Counted from the first letter of the stretch, positions 16,893-26,440 are shown. The stretch is DNA of 64,000 nucleotides from Oscillospiraceae bacterium (GCA_009780345.1 WRAG01000004.1:19826-83825), one strand, 5' to 3'. The notes: a model not told the origin generated them from the letters alone. Numbers and translations: made by a program.

Positions 16893-18200
16893 ATGTCAAC
16901 TTTATTGGGTGAAATTTCCAAAGACAAAATTATTATGGCAAGCGACTCCCGGTTAGCCGTTGAAGAAAATGGTGTTGTTTATGCGGTACACGATGATGCA
17001 AAAAAACTATTTATCATTGATGACAGTTTTGTCTTTTGGGGTTCGGGTAAAATTATGATTATTGATGAGTTAGTCAAAAAAATCAAGCAAAGCGGTTTTC
17101 GGGATGTAAGAAAGATTGCGGCGTTAGCTCAAGATATTATTGATGCTTACAAGAAACTGGGCGGTAAGGCAAGTGACGAAAATGGATTCCTTCAATTCAC
17201 AATCGGTCAGTTCAAAAATGGCGAACCGTATGTGTATCTTAGTGGGGATAAGTATGGTTGGCAAATTATTGAGCAAAAGGGCGAAGATGAGCATATTGGA
17301 TTTGGTGGTGGTTGGGGTGGACACATAACGATTGCCGAGTATTACAAAGATGCCGAGTATTCAAGGAACAATTTTGACGAAGTGGCACAGACCGCTTTTG
17401 ATTTAGCAAGTGATGTTCACAGTGGAGGCACTCTAACTATTGTCACTATGACCAAAGGCGGCATAACCGAAAAACGATTTGATATTGACGATAGCGGAAA
17501 AGATGTCAAGTGGTTGCCTCAAAATGATATTACAAACGGACATTGTCGGGCAAGGGATTTGTTTTTGGGTCCCGACCAAGCAAGTGTTCTGTCAGTCATA
17601 AACGGTATAAGTCAAATTGGCGGAGATGGGTTGAATTTGCGAGGTATAAGGATATTCAGCGAAACAACCAATGCGCTTGTAAATAATTGGACTGGCAACG
17701 GAACTCATTATATGAGTGTCGGTGCGGGAACACCAACTATGCCGAGCGGGATATTTTATAGGCTTGGCACAATCATTAATGGTGTTGCGGCTATGGAGAT
17801 GGCTACAGACGGAACGCTTAGAATACGTGGGGATTTAATCGCTGGTAGGGTATACGCTTCACAACCAACCGCCGACCAGCTCGCAAACGACCCCGCAGGC
17901 ACAATTAGGGGCGTTAATATTATTGGCGGAAGCATTACATCCGATTCTACTGTAAATGTTACTACCAACGCAACAATCGGAAATAGATTGAACATGACAT
18001 CAACAGGATTAGCTGACGGCATTCACTTTACCTCAACAAATGCTTCAATCAGTCTAAACGATGAAAACACAGTAAGAATTGCGCCTTTTTTGAGTACGCA
18101 AAATTTATTTACAGAAGGCTTAGCGGGTTTAGGGTATTCCGGCTTGACAGCGGCGATTACGGATTTGAGAAACAGGATTATTGCGTTAGAGAACGCATAA
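16893..18200 (+). CDS. Proteasome-beta/HslV-like (Ntn-hydrolase) domain fused to fibre-like C-terminal region, paralog 2
   Basis: MS|TLLGEISKDKIIMASDSR (Thr3 as candidate N-terminal nucleophile, Asp17-like), DDAKKLF (Lys33-like), GFGGGWGG and DVHSGGTLTIVTMTKGG. The C-terminal repeats are paralogous to 15343..16581. Confidence 0.6.
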   Translation: MSTLLGEISKDKIIMASDSRLAVEENGVVYAVHDDAKKLFIIDDSFVFWGSGKIMIIDELVKKIKQSGFRDVRKIAALAQDIIDAYKKLGGKASDENGFLQFTIGQFKNGEPYVYLSGDKYGWQIIEQKGEDEHIGFGGGWGGHITIAEYYKDAEYSRNNFDEVAQTAFDLASDVHSGGTLTIVTMTKGGITEKRFDIDDSGKDVKWLPQNDITNGHCRARDLFLGPDQASVLSVINGISQIGGDGLNLRGIRIFSETTNALVNNWTGNGTHYMSVGAGTPTMPSGIFYRLGTIINGVAAMEMATDGTLRIRGDLIAGRVYASQPTADQLANDPAGTIRGVNIIGGSITSDSTVNVTTNATIGNRLNMTSTGLADGIHFTSTNASISLNDENTVRIAPFLSTQNLFTEGLAGLGYSGLTAAITDLRNRIIALENA

Positions 18201-18217
18201 AATATTATTCGACAGTT

Positions 18218-18243
18218 AAGCCCCGATTTTTCGGGGCTTTTTG
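18218..18243 (+). terminator. Intrinsic terminator
   Basis: AAGCCCCGA-tttt-TCGGGGCTT followed by TTTT. Confidence 0.8.
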
Positions 18244-18262
18244 TTGTGAAAGGAATTGAATT

Positions 18263-18466
18263 ATGAGTAAATCAAAGTGGAAAAAAGTCATTGTTTGCGT
18301 TATTATAGCGTTGTTTTTCACGTTTCCGTTACCGTTTTTGTTTGACACTTCTGCAAACTTGATTGATATTTTGGGCGCAATCGTTATGTGGCAAGCTGTA
18401 ATTTTTGTTCCGATAATTGCAATAGGAGCAATAATTCTTTTGATTAAATTGATAACCGAGAATTAA
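18263..18466 (+). CDS. Small membrane protein (2 predicted TM helices)
   Basis: 67 aa with KSKWKK then two hydrophobic stretches. RBS AAAGGAA. Confidence 0.5.
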   Translation: MSKSKWKKVIVCVIIALFFTFPLPFLFDTSANLIDILGAIVMWQAVIFVPIIAIGAIILLIKLITEN

Positions 18467-18468
18467 GT

Positions 18469-18819
18469 TCAACACGGCGGAAGCATAATGTAAACCGTTC
18501 TATTGAACACCATAGCGGCAAGAGAGATTAAAACCGCAAGAACAGCGACACCGAGCGACAACCAAGCCATTTTTCTATGGAATTTTTCATCTTTATCAAC
18601 GGCTTCCTTGTACTCAATATATGCGTTGCCGAGTTCGGTTATTTGATACTTTGATGTATTTCCACCAGTTTCACCGTATGTTACATACCCTATGTTACGA
18701 AGATGCATGAATGGTTTTGCGGTTGTGGGTGAAAATGTGTCAACAAGTTCTTCGTGTCTGGGAGTGTTGTCCCTAATATAACACAACCACTCAAACTCAT
18801 TACAACTTATTTTTTCCAT
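18469..18819 (-). CDS. Hypothetical protein, winged-helix-like N-terminus plus C-terminal TM anchor
   Basis: 116 aa, the only minus-strand gene in the element. C-terminal MAWLSLGVAVLAVLISLAAMVF is hydrophobic. Confidence 0.5.
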   Translation of the reverse strand: MEKISCNEFEWLCYIRDNTPRHEELVDTFSPTTAKPFMHLRNIGYVTYGETGGNTSKYQITELGNAYIEYKEAVDKDEKFHRKMAWLSLGVAVLAVLISLAAMVFNRTVYIMLPPC

Positions 18820-18943
18820 TACGAAACCACTCTCCCTTGAGAGTAATTATACCACACAATCCAACAAATTACAAGAAAAATTTATCCACACGCTCCCGCT
18901 TGGGAGCTTTTTTAATACCTAAATATCGAAAGGAAATGAACAA

Positions 18944-19177
18944 ATGCAAGAAACAAAAATTTTATCATTAGAAGATTATCGCACAGGTGAAACCGCCTTG
19001 TCTGAATACCGAGATTTATTAAACATAGACGATTTATCAAAAATATTTCAAGTACATAAAAACACCATATACAAGCATATCAAAAACGGAGATTTCGGCA
19101 AGCCTATCCAAATTGGACGCGCTTATAAAATTCCAAAAAATTTTATTATCAAGAAAATATTTTGTTCTCCCGCTTGA
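18944..19177 (+). CDS. xis: Excisionase-type HTH (MerR-like/HTH_17) protein
   Basis: LNIDDLSKIFQVHKNTIYKHIKNGDFGKPIQIGRAYKIPK, directly upstream of the integrase. Confidence 0.7.
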   Translation: MQETKILSLEDYRTGETALSEYRDLLNIDDLSKIFQVHKNTIYKHIKNGDFGKPIQIGRAYKIPKNFIIKKIFCSPA

Positions 19178-19256
19178 CAAAAAAATTCACTATGTTACAA
19201 TTTAGTTAAGCTAAATGTGGCATAGGTAATCTATTTTACGAAGGAGTTGATTACTT

Positions 19257-20414
19257 ATGACAGAAGTTAAAGGAATCGTACAGGCTAAGAAGGGCAGACC
19301 CAACTATTACATCGTTTTGTATTACATTGACGAGACCACAGGGCAACCGAAAAGACCGTGGATTCCAACAGATATTCCGGTTGCCGGAAACAACAAGCGT
19401 AAAGCAAACGAAAAATTGAAGGAGGTTTTGGAAGAACACAACCGAAACAAGGTTGATTTGAGTAAAAATGTATTGTTTACGGTATTTATCAAGGAATGGT
19501 TGGAGTTTATGAAGCCGTCAATTGATATAGTCACATATGACGATTATAAACTGAAAATCTATAATCAAATCGTTCCGTTCTTCGAGCCGAAACAATTAAG
19601 AGTCCGGGACATAACGCCGTTACATATTCAACAATACATCAATCACAAACTCAAGTCCGTTTCGCCAAACACGGTGCGTAAGCATTTGTGGAATATATCA
19701 AAATGTCTTGATTCCGCCGTTAAGCAAAATTTGATTGCATTTAACCCCGTAAAAGCCATCGAAATGCCAAAACCCATTAAGTCCAACCGAGCGCAGTTTT
19801 ACAACGAACGGCAAATTGACGAACTTTTGTCCGTTATCAAGGGTGATTCAATCGAGGGAATTGTGTTGTTTGCGACCTTTTACGGTATGCGGAGAAGTGA
19901 GATATGTGGCTTGAAGTGGAACGCTATTGACTTTGAAAACAAGTCGTTTCAAATCAAGCACACAGTTGTTCAAATGGGAACGGCAATGCACAAGAAAGAC
20001 TCCACAAAAAATGACAGTTCTAATTCGTCAATGCCTATGCCCGACATTATCATTGATATGTTGAAGAAGTTGAAATCACGGCAAGCGCAAAATCGGTTGT
20101 TGCAACCCAACGACTATATTGACGAAGGTTATGTGTTTGTGCGAGATACGGGACAACTAATCCCGCCAAACTACATCACAAAGCACTTCAAAAAAGTCTT
20201 GGCGAGAAACAATATGCCTGTTATCAACTTTCACGATTTACGACACAGTTCGGCAAGCTACCTTCACTATTTGGGATTCTCTATGAAGGATATTCAAACT
20301 TGGTTAAGACACGGAGACATCGGGACAACTATGAATATCTACACGCACATAGATATGTCCGCGAAACGGAACATTGCAGACACTCTAAACGAGAGATTCC
20401 GAAAATTCAGTTAG
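19257..20414 (+). CDS. int: Tyrosine site-specific integrase
   Basis: N-terminal SAM-like core-binding region. Catalytic blocks YGMRRSEICGLKW and HDLRHSSASYL..LRHGDIGTTMNIYTH (R..HxxR..Y). Confidence 0.9.
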   Translation: MTEVKGIVQAKKGRPNYYIVLYYIDETTGQPKRPWIPTDIPVAGNNKRKANEKLKEVLEEHNRNKVDLSKNVLFTVFIKEWLEFMKPSIDIVTYDDYKLKIYNQIVPFFEPKQLRVRDITPLHIQQYINHKLKSVSPNTVRKHLWNISKCLDSAVKQNLIAFNPVKAIEMPKPIKSNRAQFYNERQIDELLSVIKGDSIEGIVLFATFYGMRRSEICGLKWNAIDFENKSFQIKHTVVQMGTAMHKKDSTKNDSSNSSMPMPDIIIDMLKKLKSRQAQNRLLQPNDYIDEGYVFVRDTGQLIPPNYITKHFKKVLARNNMPVINFHDLRHSSASYLHYLGFSMKDIQTWLRHGDIGTTMNIYTHIDMSAKRNIADTLNERFRKFS

Positions 20415-20526
20415 TCGATGTTTTTGTAGACGAAATTGTAGACATTACCAGTTATTAGGCGATTTTGAGGACTGCAACAAAAATGCTGACACACCGCAAA
20501 CGCAGATGTATCAGCACTTTCATTCT

Positions 20527-20600
20527 TGGAGGCACCACCCGGATTTGAACCGGGGATAAAGGAGTTGCAGTCCTCTGCCTTACCACTTGGCTATGGCGCC
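20527..20600 (-). tRNA. tRNA-Cys (GCA)
   Basis: Reverse complement is GGCGCCATAGCCAAGTGGTAAGGCAGAGGACTGCAACTCCTTTATCCCCGGTTCAAATCCGGGTGGTGCCTCCA. Cloverleaf with CTGCAAC anticodon loop, U73 discriminator and encoded CCA. Confidence 0.9.
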
Positions 20601-20880
20601 ATTCCTCGCCACTCGTCCTCCTCGTTCGTTTTCGACGGAAAATGCGCCGCCAAAAAGCTCACACCACAGACGGTGGCTCGTCTTTCCCAAAAAATCAGAC
20701 CTTAGAGTCAGACTTCTTGGGAGTCTTACGCGCACGCGCACGTCATTGCTCTTACTCATAGTATGTAGCAATCCCATTCATTGTGCAACATTTTATATTT
20801 TAACAAATAATAATTTAATTGTCAAGAGAAAATTTTTCATTTTTTATTTTTCGGATTTTCCGAATTTCAAGGAGACATAC

Positions 20881-21741
20881 ATGGAATTATGGTTTTTATA
20901 CGCCGCCGGAGCGGCGGTGTTCGCAGCATTAACAACAATTTTAGCAAAAATCGGATTAAAAGACGTAGATTCCCACCTCGCCACCGCAGTTCGAACGGTT
21001 GTAGTGCTTATTTTCGGGTGGTTGATGGTGTTTATCGTCGGCTCGCAGGGCGAAATTTGGCACACAAGCGGAAGAACATGGATTTTTCTTACTTTATCAG
21101 GTTTCGCCGCGGGCGGATCGTGGCTGTGCTATTTTCGCGCGCTTCAGCTTGGAAACGTAAACCAAATTGTTCCCATTAAGAAAAGCAGCACAATTTTAAC
21201 CATGATTTTCGCGTTTATATTTCTTAACGAACCGGCGGGCTGGCTTACGGTTGCCGGCATGGCGCTAATCGGAATCGGAACCTGGCTGATGCTGGATTTG
21301 AAAAAAAGCGATACAAAAGCGACAAGCCTCACTTGGCTTCCGTTCGCAATCCTCGCTGCGGTGTTCGCCGCAATAACCGCAATCTTAGGCAATATCGGAA
21401 TCGCCGAAATAGAGGCGAATTTGGGCACGGCGATACGAACCATGGCTGTTCTGCCTATGAGTTTGCTAATGTTCGGAATCGCGGGAGATAAAAAATCGAA
21501 AATAAGCCGCAAAAATTGGGTATTTTTAATATTATCCGGCATCGCAACCGGCGCGAGCTGGCTGTTTTTCTACCGCGCCCTTCAAATCGGAAACGCAATC
21601 CACGTCGTGCCTGTCGATAAATTAAGCATTATAATTACCATGCTGTTCGCGCGTTTGTTCTTAGGCGAACGTTTTTCGGCGCGAAGCCTTATAGGGCTTG
21701 CGCTTTTGACGGCGGGAACTTTGATTCCAATATTTTTATAA
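20881..21741 (+). CDS. EamA/DMT-family transporter
   Basis: ATG at 20881 after AAGGAGA. About 10 TM segments in two EamA-like halves (..FYRALQLGNV.., ..FYRALQIGNA..). The track ORF's upstream extension runs over the tRNA and is rejected. Confidence 0.8.
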   Translation: MELWFLYAAGAAVFAALTTILAKIGLKDVDSHLATAVRTVVVLIFGWLMVFIVGSQGEIWHTSGRTWIFLTLSGFAAGGSWLCYFRALQLGNVNQIVPIKKSSTILTMIFAFIFLNEPAGWLTVAGMALIGIGTWLMLDLKKSDTKATSLTWLPFAILAAVFAAITAILGNIGIAEIEANLGTAIRTMAVLPMSLLMFGIAGDKKSKISRKNWVFLILSGIATGASWLFFYRALQIGNAIHVVPVDKLSIIITMLFARLFLGERFSARSLIGLALLTAGTLIPIFL

Positions 21742-23172
21742 AGCATTATCCCGCCCGAACATTTTACTTAGCTCCGCGTAAAATCCGCTGTCAATCTGCG
21801 AAAGTGAACCGTCAAGTATACGAAACCGCCAATTGTTGACGATTGTGCCCGGCGTATTGGTGCGCGTGTCCCCGCCGTAACCCAGTAAATCTTGAATCGG
21901 AACGATAACAAGCGACGCGCGGCTCATGTACAACGCACGAATCCACGCACGATTTATCGCCGAATTCGGTCCGCCAACCGTCCAATCATCGTTGAAACCG
22001 AGATAAAACAACGCTTTTTCACGATCATGCGCTTCAAGTTCCAACATCCACGCAAGCAACGTCGTATTATCATGAGTTCCGGTGTAAGCGATGATATTTT
22101 CGTCAAAATTGTGCGGCAAATGCCGACCGTCGCCGTGAAATCCGAATTGCAAAACGCGCATACCGCGAAATCCCGTTTGTTGCAGCAGCTTTTCCACATC
22201 TTCGGTAATATCGCCCAAATCTTCAGCAATGATAGGCAAATTCTCGCCTAAATTTTTCTCAAACGCGTTAAAAATCTCAATTCCCGGACCTTTTACCCAC
22301 TTGCCTAATCGCGCGTCGGCGGACTCGAACGGAATCCGCCAATAGCTTTCGAATCCGCGAAAATGATCAAGCCGAACGACGTCATATCTCTCAAGCGCCG
22401 CCCTCATGCGGTCTGTCCACCATTTATAGCCGTCTTTCTTCATAAGCTCCCAATTATAAACCGGGTTCCCCCACCGCTGTCCAAGCGGATTAAAATAGTC
22501 GGGCGGCGCGCCGCCAACGGCGGAGAATGAAGCGGGCTTGCCCGCGCCGACGGCGTCCATATCAAACAATTCAGGATTGCTCCAAACTTCAACCGAATCT
22601 TCCGACACGTAAATCGGCATATCGCCTATCATTGAAATCCCAAGCTTGTTGGCGTAACTTTTCAATCCGCGCCACTGCAAATCAAACAACCATTGTACAA
22701 ACTTGTAAAAATCAGCGTCTTCACAGAATTTATCCGCCATATATTGCGCGTAATCATCCAACCAAAACGGACGAAACTCCAAATACGGCTGGTCCTCCAG
22801 CCGCTCGTAAGCTTTCCGAAGAAGTTTCCACTGTTTTTCATAAACAAGCTCGTAATTCACGTAATAATCAACCATTCCGTCCATACGCGCAAGCAAGTCG
22901 TCATCGGTGATAAGCCCCATCTCGAAAAGTCCGCGCGGATCAATCAGCATTGGCTCCCCCGCGAACGCCGATATACACTTGTACGGCGAGAAGCATTCGC
23001 CCGTATGCTCCACAGGCAATATTTGCCACGCGGAAAACCCGGATTTCTTTAGAAAACCCACAAATTCCATCGCCTCTTTACCAAGTGTCCCGATACCAAA
23101 AGGGCCGTGCAGCATGGTTACAGGCAACAGAACGCCTGCCGAACGTATATCTCTCAAACTTATCACCTCCAT
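21736..23172 (-). CDS. malQ: 4-alpha-glucanotransferase (amylomaltase, GH77)
   Basis: GVLLPVTMLHGPFGIGTLG..WQILPV.., ..IGDMPIYV.. and RLDHFRGF are typical MalQ blocks. Confidence 0.9.
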   Translation of the reverse strand: MEVISLRDIRSAGVLLPVTMLHGPFGIGTLGKEAMEFVGFLKKSGFSAWQILPVEHTGECFSPYKCISAFAGEPMLIDPRGLFEMGLITDDDLLARMDGMVDYYVNYELVYEKQWKLLRKAYERLEDQPYLEFRPFWLDDYAQYMADKFCEDADFYKFVQWLFDLQWRGLKSYANKLGISMIGDMPIYVSEDSVEVWSNPELFDMDAVGAGKPASFSAVGGAPPDYFNPLGQRWGNPVYNWELMKKDGYKWWTDRMRAALERYDVVRLDHFRGFESYWRIPFESADARLGKWVKGPGIEIFNAFEKNLGENLPIIAEDLGDITEDVEKLLQQTGFRGMRVLQFGFHGDGRHLPHNFDENIIAYTGTHDNTTLLAWMLELEAHDREKALFYLGFNDDWTVGGPNSAINRAWIRALYMSRASLVIVPIQDLLGYGGDTRTNTPGTIVNNWRFRILDGSLSQIDSGFYAELSKMFGRDNAL

Positions 23173-23311
23173 GTAATTCTATTCGTAAATAATAACATTA
23201 TTTATGCTATTTCGCAAGATTTTTCTTGACTTTTCTTGTCCGTTGTGATACGATTATCGGAAATGATATAAAAGTTGATGTTAAATTAATATGTGAAGAG
23301 GAGAAGTTTTT

Positions 23312-24295
23312 ATGAAAAAGACTATTTCTATTATTGCGATTATTGCGATCTTGTCACTTGCGCTGACCGGCTGCGGCGGTGGCGGAAGCAACGCCGGCGA
23401 CGATTATCTTATTGGTTTGGTGCAAATCAGCGCGCACCCCGCGTTAGACGCCGCGCGTGAAGGTTTTGTAAACCAATTGGCTGAACTTGGCTTCGTTGAA
23501 GGCGAAAATGTTCGCTTCAGAGAATTCAACGCGCAAGGCGATATGGGAACTTTGGCGTCAATCGCGACTCAAATCGTCGGCGAAAATCCCAATTTGATTT
23601 TGAGTATCGCAACGCCGACAACTCAAGCTCTTGCAAACGCGACCGAAACAATCCCGATTGTTATCACCGCTGTTACAGACCCGCTTTTGGCAGGCGTTAT
23701 CGATTCTTTCGAAAGACCGGGAACTAACGTAACAGGTACATCTGACTTAACTCCTGTTAAAAATCAATTCGAGTTGCTTGTACAGCTTCTTCCCGAAGCT
23801 CAAACGGTTGGAATCATGTATAACGCCGGCGAGGTTAATTCGGTAATTCAAGCAGACATGGCGGCGGAAGCCGCGCGCGCGCTTGGCTTGACTTATATAA
23901 GACAAACGGTTACCGGAACGGCTGACGTTGCCCAGGTTGCGGAAGCGCTTGTTGGCAGAGTTGACGTTATCTACACTCCTACTTGTAACACTATGGCGCA
24001 AACATACGCAACCGTTGTTATGGCCGCTGACGCTGCCGGAATCCCTGTAATCGTTGGCGAAAGCAGCGGCGTTGACGAAGGCGCGCTTGCAACCACAGGT
24101 ATCGACTATTATCAACTAGGAAGACAAACGGCAGTTATGGCGGCTCAAATTTTAAGAGGCGAAGTAAGCCCTGAAACAATGCCGATTCAATGGCAGGAGA
24201 GAAACGAAGTTACTATTAATATTTCAGCCGCCGAGCGGCTTGGAATCACAATTCCGGAAGATATTTTAGCCGGCGCAACAGTAGTTACAGACTAA
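23312..24295 (+). CDS. ABC transporter substrate-binding lipoprotein (COG2984-type)
   Basis: Lipobox LALTGC. The architecture resembles the uncharacterised ABC_sub_bind family. First gene of a 3-gene importer. Confidence 0.75.
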   Translation: MKKTISIIAIIAILSLALTGCGGGGSNAGDDYLIGLVQISAHPALDAAREGFVNQLAELGFVEGENVRFREFNAQGDMGTLASIATQIVGENPNLILSIATPTTQALANATETIPIVITAVTDPLLAGVIDSFERPGTNVTGTSDLTPVKNQFELLVQLLPEAQTVGIMYNAGEVNSVIQADMAAEAARALGLTYIRQTVTGTADVAQVAEALVGRVDVIYTPTCNTMAQTYATVVMAADAAGIPVIVGESSGVDEGALATTGIDYYQLGRQTAVMAAQILRGEVSPETMPIQWQERNEVTINISAAERLGITIPEDILAGATVVTD

Positions 24296-24370
24296 TTTTA
24301 GTAAATAATAACACATAAGCAAGAGCCTGCCTCCTTCACGGACGCAGGCTCTAAAAAAGGATGAAGTATT

Positions 24371-25357
24371 ATGAATTTAGGCGCAATTCTGCAAGCGATA
24401 AATTTGGGCTTGCTTTGGAGCATAATGGCTATCGGAGTTTTTATAACTTTCCGTATCTTAAACTTTGCCGATCTTACGGTTGAGGGCAGTTTTGTTTTAG
24501 GCGCGGCGGTTGTCGCGCGGCTTATCACGCTGAACCTTGACCCGGCACTGGCGGCGTGGATTCCATTAATCGCAACTTTGGCGGCGGTTTTAATCGGCGT
24601 ACTTGCCGGACTTATAACAGGATTTTTACATACGGTTCTGAAAATTCCGCCGCTTCTTTCGGGAATTTTGACCATGACCGGTCTGTTTTCCATCAATCTG
24701 CGCATAATGGGCATGGCGAACATCAACCTTGGAAGAGGGATTACAACGCTTATGGACCAAGCCGCCGGCGGCTTGAGCAATGTTACAACCGGAATCACCG
24801 GATTGTTCGGCGGCTCAGCCGTCGATGTCGTCTCACGCGACGCTTCAATTGCCGTAGGGCTGGTTTTCGTAATCATCGTTATCATGGCATTGAAATTGTT
24901 TTTTAACACCGAAATCGGCTATGTTATCCGCGCGACGGGTGACAACGAAGCCATGGTTAAAGCGCAAGGCGTCAGCACAAACCGCACAAAAATGCTCGGC
25001 TTGGCGCTCGGAAACGGTTGCGTCGCTCTATCCGGCGCGTTGGTGGCGCAAACACAAGGATTCGCCGACGTTAACATGGGAATGGGAACGATCGTCACCG
25101 GTCTTGCCGCAGTCATAATCGGCGAAGTTATTTTCAGAGACAAAAACAGTCACCGCGTGTTTATCGCAGTAGTGTTCGGCGCGATATTATTCTTTATTAT
25201 CCGAGCGTTTGTGCTTAGTATTCCATGGATGAACGCGAACGATTTCCGCGGAATTACAGCGATAGTAATCGCGATTGCTCTTGCGATTCCGATGTTTAGA
25301 GAGAAGTTTAATTTTCGCCTCAAGAAAGCCGCCTTCGGCAGTAAGGAGGTCGAATAA
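24371..25357 (+). CDS. ABC transporter permease (COG4120-type)
   Basis: 328 aa, polytopic membrane protein, between the binding protein and the ATPase. Confidence 0.8.
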   Translation: MNLGAILQAINLGLLWSIMAIGVFITFRILNFADLTVEGSFVLGAAVVARLITLNLDPALAAWIPLIATLAAVLIGVLAGLITGFLHTVLKIPPLLSGILTMTGLFSINLRIMGMANINLGRGITTLMDQAAGGLSNVTTGITGLFGGSAVDVVSRDASIAVGLVFVIIVIMALKLFFNTEIGYVIRATGDNEAMVKAQGVSTNRTKMLGLALGNGCVALSGALVAQTQGFADVNMGMGTIVTGLAAVIIGEVIFRDKNSHRVFIAVVFGAILFFIIRAFVLSIPWMNANDFRGITAIVIAIALAIPMFREKFNFRLKKAAFGSKEVE

Positions 25358-25358
25358 T

Positions 25359-26153
25359 ATGTTGGTTTGCAAAGATATTCAAAAAACATTTGACGCCGGT
25401 TCGGCAACCGAGAAGAAAGCGTTACAAGGCGTTAGTTTCGAGATGAAAGAGAACGATTTCGTAACCATAATCGGCGGAAACGGCGCAGGAAAATCGACCA
25501 TTCTAAACGCCATCGCCGGCGTATTTCCGGTGGAATCCGGAAATATCCTAATAGACGATAACGACGTAACCCGAATGCCGGAATTTAGCCGCGCGAAATA
25601 TATCGGACGCGTATTTCAAGACCCTCGAATGGGTACCGTTCCGAACATGACGATTGAAGAAAACCTCGCAATCGCGGTTCGCCGCGGGAAAAGGCGAACT
25701 CTGCGTTGGGGAATTACCAAAAACGAGCGCGAAGTATTCTGCGAGTATTTGCAGACTCTCGGACTCGGGCTTGAAAATCGACTAAAAGCGAAAGTCAGCA
25801 CCCTCTCCGGCGGGCAAAGGCAGGCTCTCACACTTTTGATGGCAACAATTCAGAAGCCGCTTATCCTACTACTGGACGAGCACACCGCCGCGCTTGACCC
25901 GAAAACCGCAAAATCCGTGCTAGAGCTTACCGACCGGATTGTAAGCGAAAACAAACTGACTACAATGATGGTAACCCACAATATGCGCGACGCACTAAAG
26001 TGCGGCAACCGTTTGATGATGATGCACGAAGGAAATATTATTTTAGACGTGCAAGGCGACGAAAAAGCAGGATTAACGGTTCCCGACTTGCTGAAAATGT
26101 TTGAACAAGCAAGCGGCGAGGCAATCGCAAACGATAGAATGTTGTTAAGTTAG
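25359..26153 (+). CDS. ABC transporter ATP-binding protein
   Basis: True start MLVCKDIQK at 25359. Walker A GGNGAGKST, signature LSGGQRQ, Walker B LLLLDEHTAALD. Confidence 0.85.
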   Translation: MLVCKDIQKTFDAGSATEKKALQGVSFEMKENDFVTIIGGNGAGKSTILNAIAGVFPVESGNILIDDNDVTRMPEFSRAKYIGRVFQDPRMGTVPNMTIEENLAIAVRRGKRRTLRWGITKNEREVFCEYLQTLGLGLENRLKAKVSTLSGGQRQALTLLMATIQKPLILLLDEHTAALDPKTAKSVLELTDRIVSENKLTTMMVTHNMRDALKCGNRLMMMHEGNIILDVQGDEKAGLTVPDLLKMFEQASGEAIANDRMLLS

Positions 26154-26180
26154 AAAAAACCGCCGAAAGGCGGTTTTTTA
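26154..26180 (+). terminator. Intrinsic terminator
   Basis: AAAAAACCGCC-gaaa-GGCGGTTTTTT. Confidence 0.85.
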
Positions 26181-26186
26181 GTTTTT

Positions 26187-26440
26187 GCGCTGACAAGCGC
26201 ATATGCGCGGCTGTTTCCGCATAGGTTTGCGCCCTACGGGCGCGGGGGTTAAGGCGCCACTCGCCTTAGACCAATATGTCGTCTGCGACGGAGGGCTTTT
26301 TTCTTCAGAGACCGTCTCTAAGGGCGTTTGCGCTTGTCAGCGCAGGACGACAAGGACCTGGTCCTTGCCGCGCCTGCGCGCCCATGCGCAAAATGGTCTA
26401 ATGCGCAACGCACCTTAAGCGCCGCGCCCACAGGGCGCAA
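26187..26440. repeat. R1 GC-rich hairpin-array repeat, mosaic copy A
   Basis: Bounded by GCGCTGACAAGCGC (26187) and its inverse GCGCTTGTCAGCGC (26330). Also contains GCGCCctacGGGCGC, GCAAGGACcaGGTCCTTG-type and GCGCCcacaGGGCGC hairpins shared with the other R1 loci. Confidence 0.7.

Larger units (their letters stand above)
1..20526. mobile_element. Integrated mobile genetic element (right-hand ~20.5 kb; left end outside window) adjoining tRNA-Cys
   Basis: Excisionase and tyrosine integrase at the right edge face the 3' end of tRNA-Cys. Also has serine recombinase, FtsK-like translocase, XRE switch, primase/helicase with iteron origin and an orphan methylase. Genes are almost all co-oriented and the DNA is visibly more AT-rich than the flanking chromosome. 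Confidence 0.7.

Noticed and set aside
20587-20880. N-terminal extension of the EamA transporter ORF
   Set aside because: The extension overlaps tRNA-Cys and its upstream region. A good RBS and ATG at 20881 begins the hydrophobic transporter sequence.
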